This document shows, in pieces, positions 8,141-16,401 of a stretch of 64,000 nt of DNA. The position numbers and the translations under genes were made by a program. The stretch's first letter is position 1. Every line of letters starts with the position of its first letter. Under the pieces are notes generated by a model. The model was not told the origin of the DNA, made no database searches, and worked only from the letters and a program-made list of their open reading frames with translations. Origin of the DNA: Candidatus Fermentibacteraceae bacterium (GTDB lineage Bacteria; Fermentibacterota; Fermentibacteria; Fermentibacterales; JCC-6); NCBI GenBank assembly GCA_016744855.1, contig JADGDO010000017.1, positions 572 to 64,571 on the forward strand, given 5' to 3'.

Positions 8141-10090
8141 TTAACGGCACTCGGCCACAATCTCAATAAAGCTGTCAGCTTTAAGACTGGCTCCGCCTAC
8201 AAGTGCCCCGTTAACATCTGTCCCGGACATAACCTCTTCAGCATTGGATGGCTTTACACTGCCACCATAAATAATGCCAACTTCTCCGGAAAATTCATCA
8301 CCGAAAATACCTGCTATCCAAGTTCTTATCAAAGCGTGCATTCTCTGAGCTTCCTCAGGAGTCGCTGTTTTTCCGGTGCCAATCGCCCAAACAGGTTCGT
8401 AAGCAACGATCAGGTTATACGGTGTAACTATATCGAGGCCCTTCAAAGCGGCTTCAATCTGTCCTCTCACAACTTCTTCAGTTTTTCCTGATTCACGCTG
8501 GTCAAGAAGTTCGCCAACACAGAGAACACAAGATAATCCCGCGGTTACACCCGCTACCAGTTTCTTCCTCACTATTTCATCGGTTTCACCTATAACATGT
8601 CTTCTCTCGCTGTGTCCGGCGAGGAACCAAGTACAGCCAGCTTCCGCAAGCATTGTCGCACTGATTTCACCAGTGAAAGCACCCTTGTCCTCCCAGAAAA
8701 TATCCTGAGCTCCAAGGTATATTCCTGCTTTCTCGGCAAGCGGTGCAAAAGCTGCAAGAAGCGTGAATGGAGCAAAAAGAACAACATCAGCTCCAAAATA
8801 GTTTACATTCCCCTCATCGAGAGAGGTGATGTACTCTATCCCCAACTCCAGCGAACCGTTCATCTTCCAGTTAGCTCCGACAAAGGGCTTAACTCCCTCT
8901 ATTCTTAAGTGCTCTAAAGCTGGAAGTTCCTCTCCTTGAAGAAGCTTAAGAGAAGCTCCACCACCGGTGGAAACATGAGTTAACTGTTCAGCTACACCAG
9001 CTTCTCGAACAGCACGCATACTGTCACCTCCACCTACAACAGCAGAGGCGCCGTAAGTAGTTGCATCAGCCATAAAAGCAGCAAGCTGCCTTGTTCCAAT
9101 ATCAAATGGACTTATCTCAAACAAACCCATGGGTCCATTCCAGATAATTGTACGGCTTCCCATCATAGTTCTGCGAAAAAGCTCGATTGATTCAGGACCT
9201 ATATCAAAACCAGCCATGTCAACTGGAAGATCATCAAATCGTCGTACAACTGCTTCTTCGCCTGAATCTCTTGAGGGCGCACATACAATGTCCACCGGAA
9301 GAATAAGATTCACTCCTCTGGCTTCTGCAGCCTTTATAATATCTCTGGCTGTCTGTATTGTGTCTTCTTCAACAATACTTTTTCCGGTTTCAAGACCCAT
9401 CGCCTTAAAGAAGGTAAAAGCCATTGCGCCACCAACAATTAGATTATCCAACTTGGGAAGTACATTTTCTATAACTGCAACCTTATCGCTGACTTTCACA
9501 CCTCCCAAAATAACCGTATAGGGTTTTCTGGGGTGCCTTATCAACTCACCAAAAACTCTTAGCTCTTTCTCCACAAGAAATCCGACATAACCGCCTCCCA
9601 GAATGGCAGGAACTCCTACCATAGAAGCGTGCTCGCGGTGACTCGTACCAAAGGCATCATTAACATAGATGTCTCCCAGAAGGGCCAGTTTTTTGGAGAA
9701 TTCCGGATCATTTGCAGTTTCTTCCTTGTGAAAACGAAGGTTTTCAAGAACAAGGATTTCCCCGGGTTTAAGACCTGCTGCCATTGCTTCAACTCTTTTT
9801 CCAATGCAATCTCTGGCAAAAAGAATCCTGGTTTCAGTAAGTATTTCTTTAAGCTTCTCCGCGACAGGTTTCATACTGTATGCGGGTACGATTTTCCCTT
9901 TAGGTCTGCCCAGATGTGAAGCCAGGACAACAGGTGAGCCCTGTTCAATAAGATATCTGATAGTTCTGAGCACTGATCTAATCCTTGTATCATCAAGTAT
10001 CTTGCCGTCTTCAATCGGAACGTTGAGATCAGCTCTGAGGAATATTCTTTTCCCTCCAGTTTTCAGATCTCGAATAGAAGGATACTGCAT
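8141..10090 (-). CDS. pgk/tpiA: bifunctional phosphoglycerate kinase / triosephosphate isomerase fusion
   Basis: N-terminal PGK (RADLNVP, VLASHLGRPKG, GGGDS, STGGGASL) runs without a stop into TPI (FVGANWKMNG, AGHSERR, AYEPVWAIGTG, YGGSV). Start set at MQYPSIRDL, 1 nt after the gap stop. Confidence 0.9.
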   Translation of the reverse strand: MQYPSIRDLKTGGKRIFLRADLNVPIEDGKILDDTRIRSVLRTIRYLIEQGSPVVLASHLGRPKGKIVPAYSMKPVAEKLKEILTETRILFARDCIGKRVEAMAAGLKPGEILVLENLRFHKEETANDPEFSKKLALLGDIYVNDAFGTSHREHASMVGVPAILGGGYVGFLVEKELRVFGELIRHPRKPYTVILGGVKVSDKVAVIENVLPKLDNLIVGGAMAFTFFKAMGLETGKSIVEEDTIQTARDIIKAAEARGVNLILPVDIVCAPSRDSGEEAVVRRFDDLPVDMAGFDIGPESIELFRRTMMGSRTIIWNGPMGLFEISPFDIGTRQLAAFMADATTYGASAVVGGGDSMRAVREAGVAEQLTHVSTGGGASLKLLQGEELPALEHLRIEGVKPFVGANWKMNGSLELGIEYITSLDEGNVNYFGADVVLFAPFTLLAAFAPLAEKAGIYLGAQDIFWEDKGAFTGEISATMLAEAGCTWFLAGHSERRHVIGETDEIVRKKLVAGVTAGLSCVLCVGELLDQRESGKTEEVVRGQIEAALKGLDIVTPYNLIVAYEPVWAIGTGKTATPEEAQRMHALIRTWIAGIFGDEFSGEVGIIYGGSVKPSNAEEVMSGTDVNGALVGGASLKADSFIEIVAECR

Positions 10091-10091
10091 A

Positions 10092-11108
10092 CTAGAACCC
10101 CTTCGCAGCCATGAGAAGAAGCATGTCAACCATTCTGGAAGAGTAACCGAATTCGTTATCGTACCATGAAAGAACCTTTAGCATCCTCGGACCGATCATC
10201 TTAGTGATTCCACTGTCAAAGATACTGCTGTAAGGATTACCGACGATATCAGAGGATACGATAGGCTCATCAGTATACTGAAGAACACCTTTAAGAGAAG
10301 TTTCTGATGCCTTCTTCATAGCCTGATTAACAGTCTCTTCCGTGGCATCTGTCTTCAAGTTACAGACAAGATCAACAAGAGAGCCATCTGGAACAGGAAC
10401 TCTTACAGCCATTCCATCAAGCTTGCCTTTGAGCTCGGGGATAACAAGAGAAACAGCCGCAGCAGCACCTGTAGTTGTTGGAATAACATTAACAGCAGCA
10501 GCTCGCGCTCTTCTCATATCTGAATGTGGAAGATCAAGGATTCTCTGATCATTAGTGTAGGCATGAATTGTAGTCATGATACCTGCATCAATGCCAAAAG
10601 TGTCGTTTATGACCTTCGCAACCGGAGCTAGGCAGTTGGTAGTACAGCTTGCTGTGCTTACAACATCATGGACCTTCGGATCGTAAAGATCAGAGTTTAC
10701 ACCGTATACGACTGTTAAATCCGCACCCGGCTTACCCTTGGCAGGAGCACTGATAAGAACTTTTTTTGCGCCAGCTTGAATGTGATATGCTGCTTTTTCT
10801 CTGGTTCTGAAAAAACCGGTTGATTCAATAACAATATCAACACCCAATTCTTTCCATGGCAGCTTCAGTGGATCGGGCTGACAGGAAACCGTGAATGAAT
10901 CTCTGCCTGCAATAATTTTATCACCCTCTACTTTCACTTCACCTGGAAAAACTCCGTGAACTGAATCGTACTTAAGAAGGTGAGCCAGCATCTTGGGATC
11001 TGTAAGATCATTAACAGCAACAATATCAATCTCATCATGCTTTAGAGACTGTCTGTATACGAGTCTGCCGATACGGCCAAACCCATTGATGGCGACTTTT
11101 ACTGACAT
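10092..11108 (-). CDS. gap: type I glyceraldehyde-3-phosphate dehydrogenase
   Basis: INGFGRIGR, SCTTNCLAP active site, and WYDNEFGYS. Confidence 0.95.
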   Translation of the reverse strand: MSVKVAINGFGRIGRLVYRQSLKHDEIDIVAVNDLTDPKMLAHLLKYDSVHGVFPGEVKVEGDKIIAGRDSFTVSCQPDPLKLPWKELGVDIVIESTGFFRTREKAAYHIQAGAKKVLISAPAKGKPGADLTVVYGVNSDLYDPKVHDVVSTASCTTNCLAPVAKVINDTFGIDAGIMTTIHAYTNDQRILDLPHSDMRRARAAAVNVIPTTTGAAAAVSLVIPELKGKLDGMAVRVPVPDGSLVDLVCNLKTDATEETVNQAMKKASETSLKGVLQYTDEPIVSSDIVGNPYSSIFDSGITKMIGPRMLKVLSWYDNEFGYSSRMVDMLLLMAAKGF

Positions 11109-11129
11109 GAGGTTTTCCTCTCCAATTTA

Positions 11130-12167
11130 TCAGCCGAAGAACAACTCGGCTGTTTTGATATGTTCATCCGGAACTGTTTTAAGAGTACCAACTGCTTCTG
11201 ACAAATCTGCTGCAACAACATCTGTTCCGCGAAGAGCAGCCATCTTCCGATTCTCGCCTGACTCTGCTATCTCCACTGCCTTCACTCCCAGCCTTGTGCC
11301 GAGAATACGATCGAAAGCGGAGGGGCTTCCCCCACGCTGAACGTGACCAAGAACAACATGCCTTGTCTCAAGACCTGTTCTGTCTTCAATCTCGTTCTTT
11401 AAAACTTCTCCTATGCCAATACCCGTTCCAAGCTGTACGTGACCGAAGGAATCTTTTTCTGCTGAATGATAAACATGACGGGCAAGACCGGGGTCAATTG
11501 CACCTTCAGCGACGGCTACAAGAGCGTAGCGCCTTCCGTCCTCGTATCGTTTCTTAAGAATCGCACAGATTTTATCTGTATCAAATTCGTTTTCCGGAGT
11601 CAGAATAACATGTGCTCCTCCGGCCATTCCTCCATACAAAGCCATCCAACCTGCATGACGGCCCATGATCTCAACAACCATCACTCTTTCGTGGCTTCTG
11701 GCTGTAGTTTTCAATTTATCGAGCGAATTCATAACATAATTTATCGCTGTATCAAATCCGAAAGTATAGTCTGTTGCTGAGAGGTCATTATCGATAGTTT
11801 TGGGGACACCAACAACAGCCACTCCCATTTCGGCAAGAGAGTCTGCAACTCCGAGAGTATCCTCTCCCCCTATTGCAATAAGAACATCAATATCATTCTC
11901 ATCCAGAGTTTCCTTAATCTTTTCAAAACCATTCTCCAAGTTACGTGGATTCGTTCTGGAAGAAAACAGAATGGTTCCGCCCTGTGTGTGCAAATCACGA
12001 ACAGATTCACGATCGAGAGACACTTTGGTGTTCTCTATAGCACCCTTCCATCCTCTCAAAAATCCAGTAACCTGGTGCCCTCCAGCCTCAGCTCGAACAA
12101 CAATACCTCGAATAACAGCATTTAACCCGGGTGCGTCACCACCACCGGTCAGTATTCCCAAATGCAC
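11130..12167 (-). CDS. pfk: 6-phosphofructokinase with PPi-type signature residues
   Basis: TGGGDAPGLNAVIRG, IGGEDTLGVA, VPKTIDNDL, and MGRHAGW. Asp after GGE and Lys in PKTIDND are the positions used to separate PPi- from ATP-dependent enzymes. Confidence 0.85.
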   Translation of the reverse strand: MHLGILTGGGDAPGLNAVIRGIVVRAEAGGHQVTGFLRGWKGAIENTKVSLDRESVRDLHTQGGTILFSSRTNPRNLENGFEKIKETLDENDIDVLIAIGGEDTLGVADSLAEMGVAVVGVPKTIDNDLSATDYTFGFDTAINYVMNSLDKLKTTARSHERVMVVEIMGRHAGWMALYGGMAGGAHVILTPENEFDTDKICAILKKRYEDGRRYALVAVAEGAIDPGLARHVYHSAEKDSFGHVQLGTGIGIGEVLKNEIEDRTGLETRHVVLGHVQRGGSPSAFDRILGTRLGVKAVEIAESGENRKMAALRGTDVVAADLSEAVGTLKTVPDEHIKTAELFFG

Positions 12168-12171
12168 TTGT

Positions 12172-12969
12172 TTACCTCCTGATTTTTCCCTTGAAGCGAC
12201 AGGGTGATTGCCCGGTCGCAGCTATTTTTTGTGTATATAGCTCAAATTCCTCCAGAGACAGAGACTGCCCTCCATCGGAAAGAGCTTTATCCGGGTCCGG
12301 ATGTACTTCTATCATGAGACCATCAGCACCGGCACCGAGAGCGGCCAGTGAAAGTGGAAGAATAAGGTCTCTTCTACCGGCTGCATGGCATGGATCAACA
12401 ATTACTGGAAGACCCAGGGAGTTTCTAGCAAGGGGTACTGCTGCAATATCCAGAGTGGAACGAGTCCAGGTTTCGAATGTTCGAATTCCTCTCTCGCATA
12501 GAACAACGCTCTCGTTTCCCTCTTTCAGGATGTATTCCGCAGCCAGAAGCCATTCTTCTATGGTTGCCATAAAACCCCGTTTTAAAAGAACCGGCATTCC
12601 GCTTCGGCCTATTTCACTGAGCAGAGTAAAGTTGTGCATGTTTCTGGCTCCTACCTGAAGCATGTCAACATACTCGGAAGCAATTCCAATTTGTTCTGCG
12701 GACATCACTTCGGTAACAACTGGAATCTTGAATTCATTCCCTGCTTTTCTCAAAAGCTTCAACGCGTCAACACCAAGTCCCTGAAATGAATAAGGAGATG
12801 TTCTCGGCTTCCAGGAGCCTCCTCTTAGCATCTGACCACCACAAGCGACAACAGCCTCTGCTGTTTGCATTACCATTTCTTCGTTTTCAACAGAGCAGGG
12901 ACCCGCTATCAGAACAATTTTGGTACCCCCGAAAACGGCATTACCCACTCTAACTTCTCGTACGAGCAT
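12172..12969 (-). CDS. 3-deoxy-7-phosphoheptulonate (DAHP) synthase, type I-beta, catalytic core only
   Basis: GPCSVENEE, LRGGSWKPRTSPYSFQG, VVTEVM, VGARNM, and DPCHAAG. At 265 aa it has no N- or C-terminal regulatory extension. Confidence 0.88.
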   Translation of the reverse strand: MLVREVRVGNAVFGGTKIVLIAGPCSVENEEMVMQTAEAVVACGGQMLRGGSWKPRTSPYSFQGLGVDALKLLRKAGNEFKIPVVTEVMSAEQIGIASEYVDMLQVGARNMHNFTLLSEIGRSGMPVLLKRGFMATIEEWLLAAEYILKEGNESVVLCERGIRTFETWTRSTLDIAAVPLARNSLGLPVIVDPCHAAGRRDLILPLSLAALGAGADGLMIEVHPDPDKALSDGGQSLSLEEFELYTQKIAATGQSPCRFKGKIRR

Positions 12970-12970
12970 G

Positions 12971-14653
12971 TCAGCCCCTCCCCAGGTTGTTCATGATAGA
13001 TCGGATAACTTCCCTGATACTGGAGTCGGAAAGAGGTCCAGGGTTGTGTCCCATCGCATTTTTTAACTGTTCTTCTACCCAGGTGGGATTGTATCCAGCA
13101 TCGACTTTTTCCATAAGAAGAGCTCTACTGTTCAGTAGCTTAACCAGATCAACATCAAGCCTGAGAAGCTCTGCTCTGTAATCAGGAGAGATATCCTCCC
13201 TGGCTATCCTGCCTCTATCAAGTTTACCAGAAGAAGTTCTGGGGAGACTGTTACTGAAGTAATACTTCCTCGGCATTTTAAAATCTTCCAGAATATCTGA
13301 AAGAAATGTTCTCAATTCATGCTTGGTCAGTTCAACTCCAACCGGAACAACAATAAAAGCAACAGGAGCCTCTCCTCTGCCGGGAATATCCTTCCCAACA
13401 ACACAGACATCTCTGACCAGGGGATGCTTCAGAATAGCAAGCTCAACTTCACTCGGGAAAACTTTAAGCCCGGAAGCTTTAATGAGTCCACCGCGTCTAC
13501 CGGTAAAGAAGAGTCGTTCACCCCTTCGGTTGAATATATCTCCGGTTCTGTACCAGCCATCAACAAGGATCTCTGAAAAATCAGATCGTTCCCCGAGATA
13601 GCGGTTAACTATGCCTTCTCCGGCAATCCACAACTCTCCGCGGCCGCTACCCTCTACCACAGAATTTTCTGAACGAAGCTGCACGCTGTATCCGAAAGCG
13701 ACAGAAGAAAAACCGAGCACTCCAGGGTCTCCGATTAAAACAACTCCGGAAGTTTCTGTGCTTCCCCAAACGGGTGTAACCTTTTTACCGGTTCTATCTT
13801 CAAAAACAGTAAGGAATCTGTCTGTAATCCTCATTCCCCCTGTTTCCACAATTCTAAGTGATGACAGATCTGCGTCTTCCCTGCTGGCAAGTCTGCTAAG
13901 TGCGTCCAGCTGAGGGGGTAACCCCATAAGGAAGGTTACCTGATTCTCCCTGATCATTTTTATATGCTGCCTTGGATAAACTGATGGTTCAAGAACAGTG
14001 GTTGCACCTATATAAAGACCACGCATGAAAATCTCATGAGGATGTCCGACGACTCCAAAAAGTGACATAAGAACATCTTCAGTTACAAGTTCAAGGTTCT
14101 CACAGACTGCTGCAGTATTAATCATTAACTCTCGGTGTGAAGTAACAGCAACCTTCGGCAAACCGGTTGAACCACTGGTAACATTCATGTAAAACTCATC
14201 GAAAGTATCAATACGGGGACTGCCATGGAGAGAAAGGGCAGGAGTCGTTATGTCTGATCTACTGAAGGAAAGAAGTGTGCTGGCCTTCCAGGCTTCATTT
14301 TCCATTCCCTCCCAGCAAAGAACAAACCTCTTGTCCCATCTCGTGAAAACCATATCTCTATCTTCGGAAAGCCAACTGGGATTAAGGCCTAAAAATCGGG
14401 CTCCAACTTTTGATATTGCGGTAAAAGCGACGGGAAGACCACAGTTTCTCTTTACCTGCACACCGACAAGAGTTCCCTTTTCCACACCGGCAGTTTGTAA
14501 TTTGCTTGCAAGGTGCTCTGAAGCCCGGTGCCACTGGGCATAAGTCAGGGAGCTCTTTCCGTCGACTATTGCTACTTTATCTGGTGTCTCCATGGCCCAC
14601 ATTTCAAGCAGGCCATGGATAGTAAGGATTGTTCTATTCAACCTGTTTGCCAC
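12971..14653 (-). CDS. AMP-dependent adenylating ligase (acyl/aryl-CoA synthetase family) with about 65-aa C-terminal chorismate-mutase-like helical extension
   Basis: TSGSTGLPKV, WGSTETSG, YRTGD, and SSGKLDR close the ANL fold. The tail RAELLRLDVDLVKLLNSRALLMEKV...GPLSDSSIREVIRSIM follows. True start is uncertain (GTG 14653, TTG 14644 or ATG 14686). The track start 14869 reads through the zinc-ribbon repeats of the upstream gene out of frame. Confidence 0.8.
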   Translation of the reverse strand: MANRLNRTILTIHGLLEMWAMETPDKVAIVDGKSSLTYAQWHRASEHLASKLQTAGVEKGTLVGVQVKRNCGLPVAFTAISKVGARFLGLNPSWLSEDRDMVFTRWDKRFVLCWEGMENEAWKASTLLSFSRSDITTPALSLHGSPRIDTFDEFYMNVTSGSTGLPKVAVTSHRELMINTAAVCENLELVTEDVLMSLFGVVGHPHEIFMRGLYIGATTVLEPSVYPRQHIKMIRENQVTFLMGLPPQLDALSRLASREDADLSSLRIVETGGMRITDRFLTVFEDRTGKKVTPVWGSTETSGVVLIGDPGVLGFSSVAFGYSVQLRSENSVVEGSGRGELWIAGEGIVNRYLGERSDFSEILVDGWYRTGDIFNRRGERLFFTGRRGGLIKASGLKVFPSEVELAILKHPLVRDVCVVGKDIPGRGEAPVAFIVVPVGVELTKHELRTFLSDILEDFKMPRKYYFSNSLPRTSSGKLDRGRIAREDISPDYRAELLRLDVDLVKLLNSRALLMEKVDAGYNPTWVEEQLKNAMGHNPGPLSDSSIREVIRSIMNNLGRG

Positions 14654-15779
14654 AATCGGGGCAAAACTTACTGCCTGCAGGAACATCGGCACCACATTCG
14701 CACTTTGCTCCTCCACCCATTTTGGTTCCGCATGCAGGGCAGAATTTGCCTCCGGCAGGTACGGGTTTACCGCAGGAAGGGCAGCTCTCGGCAAGAGGCT
14801 TTCCGCATTCAGGGCAGAACTTACCGTCCTGTACGGATTTTCCACAAGCAGGGCAGGCAACCAGTGCAACAGCTGCTGCTGCAGGCTGAGCGGCAGCCCC
14901 CGAAGCCCCTGCAGCGCCGGCCTGAGGGGTCATTGCCTGACCCATCTGATTAGCCATTACCATACCCATTCCAAGACCTGCACCCATGCCCACTCCAGCT
15001 CCTGCCGCTCCACCGGCTCCGGCCTGAGCAGCGTCACCCATTGCTGTGGCAGTTTTAAATCTCATGTATTCATTCATGTCGCCAAGTGCACCCATGGCGC
15101 TTCTCTCATCAATACGCTTCTGAACTTCCTCAGGTGGAGTAATAGCGCTGATGTAAAAATCGACAATCTGAATGCCGTATTTGCTGAAGTCATCGGTAAA
15201 TCTTGCCTTGGCAAGAGTACCGAGTTCATCATAATTCGCGGCAAGATCGAAAATGGTGCTGATGGTTTCACCGAGAAGATCAGCCAGGCGACTGATAATA
15301 TTGTTTTTAAGAAAGCTTTCGATATCTGCTGTGGAATACTTACCCTCTGTTCCAACAAGCTTGTTAACAAACAGCATACTATCGATAATCTTCATGGAGA
15401 AGTTACCGAACGCACGAAGTCTGACCATTTTCAACTCGGTGTCACGGAAGATTATGGGCTCTTTCGTGCCCCACTTCATATCTGTAAAAGTCTTCTTGTT
15501 TATGTAGTAAACCTCTGCACGGAAGGGAGTACCGCTTCCGCTAAAAGCCATATCAGCAAGACCTGCCAGAATAGGGACGTTCTGGGTTGTAAGTGTGTGC
15601 CTTCCAGGCCCGAGAACATCCATTGCCTTGCCATCACGGTAGAAGACCGCTTCCTGGCTTTCTCTAACAACACACTGGCTCCCAAGACGGAACTCACCTG
15701 AGCCGTTCTCAGGTATTCTGTGTGCCATATCTTTTCCGGTGTTATCAAGAAATTCAATTATTTCCGGTCTTTTAAACAT
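14634..15779 (-). CDS. SPFH/band-7 domain protein (YdjI-like) with Gly/Ala/Met-rich linker and three C-terminal zinc ribbons
   Basis: N-terminal about 245 aa is SPFH-like (FRAEVYYINKKTFTDMKWGT..., IQIVDFYISAITPPEEVQKRIDERSAMGA). The C-terminus has three CPxCG-x7-9-FCPxCG units. GGAAGGA SD. Confidence 0.85.
   Translation of the reverse strand: MFKRPEIIEFLDNTGKDMAHRIPENGSGEFRLGSQCVVRESQEAVFYRDGKAMDVLGPGRHTLTTQNVPILAGLADMAFSGSGTPFRAEVYYINKKTFTDMKWGTKEPIIFRDTELKMVRLRAFGNFSMKIIDSMLFVNKLVGTEGKYSTADIESFLKNNIISRLADLLGETISTIFDLAANYDELGTLAKARFTDDFSKYGIQIVDFYISAITPPEEVQKRIDERSAMGALGDMNEYMRFKTATAMGDAAQAGAGGAAGAGVGMGAGLGMGMVMANQMGQAMTPQAGAAGASGAAAQPAAAAVALVACPACGKSVQDGKFCPECGKPLAESCPSCGKPVPAGGKFCPACGTKMGGGAKCECGADVPAGSKFCPDCGKQVE
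14637..14855 (-). repeat. tandem in-frame coding repeat encoding three zinc-ribbon units
   Basis: CPACGKSVQDGKFCPECGKPL / CPSCGKPVPAGGKFCPACGTKM / CECGADVPAGSKFCPDCGKQV. The nucleotide-level repeat creates long spurious ORFs in other frames. Confidence 0.8.
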
Positions 15780-15791
15780 GACTTATCCTTC

Positions 15792-16316
15792 CTAATCAAT
15801 AGGTGTATTATTTTGAAGGTCGACCATCAGAGAACTTCGGCCCTCAAGCTTGTGAATGAAGTCATCAAGACCGGCTATTGCCACCTGAAGGGCTCCTTTG
15901 ATGCCAGTTCCGCTCTCAACGGAAGCTCCAAGTGTCTCAAAATCCACCTGCATCTTCTCCACATCCTCGGTGAGCGAACAGTCGAATTCGTAGAGTTTGT
16001 CCAGCTCGTTTTCCTGCACTTTGTGCATATCAAACCAGCCTCTGTAACCCCTCGAAGCAAACCTGACCTTGTCTGCAGCTAGCTCGAGCTTCTTTGTAAG
16101 CCTGCCAAAACCGCTGGCTGCTGTAAGTGCTTCTGGACCTTTAAGGTCTGCAAGACCACCCACAGCTATAGCTAAAAGGCCTTCAATCTTTGCTGCAAGC
16201 ATTGCCCTGAAAAGAGCATCATTGTCTCTTCTTTCCTCTTTACCCTTGTACCCCTTGTATCCTGGAATAATCCTTATTGCCTTTTCCAGGAAATTAAGCT
16301 GTCTTCCGTCACTCAT
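15792..16316 (-). CDS. hypothetical helical protein coupled to the SPFH gene
   Basis: Start set at MSDGRQLNF (GGAGG SD 5-6 nt upstream). 174 aa, predicted helical/coiled (IIPGYKGYKGKEERRDNDALFRAML..., ELDKLYEFDCSLTEDVEKMQ). Stop is 12 nt before the SPFH start. Confidence 0.6.
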   Translation of the reverse strand: MSDGRQLNFLEKAIRIIPGYKGYKGKEERRDNDALFRAMLAAKIEGLLAIAVGGLADLKGPEALTAASGFGRLTKKLELAADKVRFASRGYRGWFDMHKVQENELDKLYEFDCSLTEDVEKMQVDFETLGASVESGTGIKGALQVAIAGLDDFIHKLEGRSSLMVDLQNNTPID

Positions 16317-16401
16317 ACCATCCTCCAGACATGCTGTTATTACCCAATCTACCCAAGATATCATACCTATATACAACAGCCGTTCACGTCAATAAGTAAG
16401 A

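Noticed and set aside
7646-8491. 281-aa plus-strand ORF spanning the eamA and tpi regions
   Set aside because: It is antisense to two well-supported genes, crosses their intergenic region, and has an Arg/Ser/Thr-rich composition typical of shadow ORFs.
8900-8960. Possible programmed frameshift at the PGK-TPI junction, as reported for Thermotoga
   Set aside because: The reading frame is continuous through the junction and no stop separates the domains. I saw no obvious slippery heptamer, so a plain fusion is the simpler reading.
12967-12973. Possibility that the CM-like tail is really the N-terminal domain of the DAHP synthase, split off by a sequencing frameshift
   Set aside because: The ligase frame ends in TGA, and continuing in that frame hits another stop within a few codons. 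The DAHP synthase has its own ATG and begins at the normal core N-terminus. Fusion would need both a stop readthrough and a frame change. I keep it as two genes and note the arrangement as a finding.
14637-14855. Tandem repeats that could be mistaken for a CRISPR-like or VNTR array
   Set aside because: The repeats are in frame and encode three complete zinc-ribbon units within a CDS. There is no repeat-spacer architecture, and no cas genes occur anywhere in the window.
14654-14869. N-terminal about 70 aa of the track ORF 12971..14869 (ligase)
   Set aside because: This segment is the zinc-ribbon repeat region of the upstream SPFH gene read in another frame (PRAALPAVNPYLPEANSALHAEP). The ANL fold begins only around ...TIHGLLEMWAMETPDKVAIV, so the start was moved downstream. 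The exact start is still uncertain.
14592-15701. 369-aa plus-strand ORF (and 86-141 aa ORFs at 14528-14953) opposite the SPFH gene
   Set aside because: It lies antisense to a gene with clear SPFH and zinc-ribbon motifs. Its sequence is low-complexity Cys/Ser/Ala-rich, generated by the GC-rich Gly/Ala linker and zinc-ribbon repeats. It has no SD and no recognisable domain.
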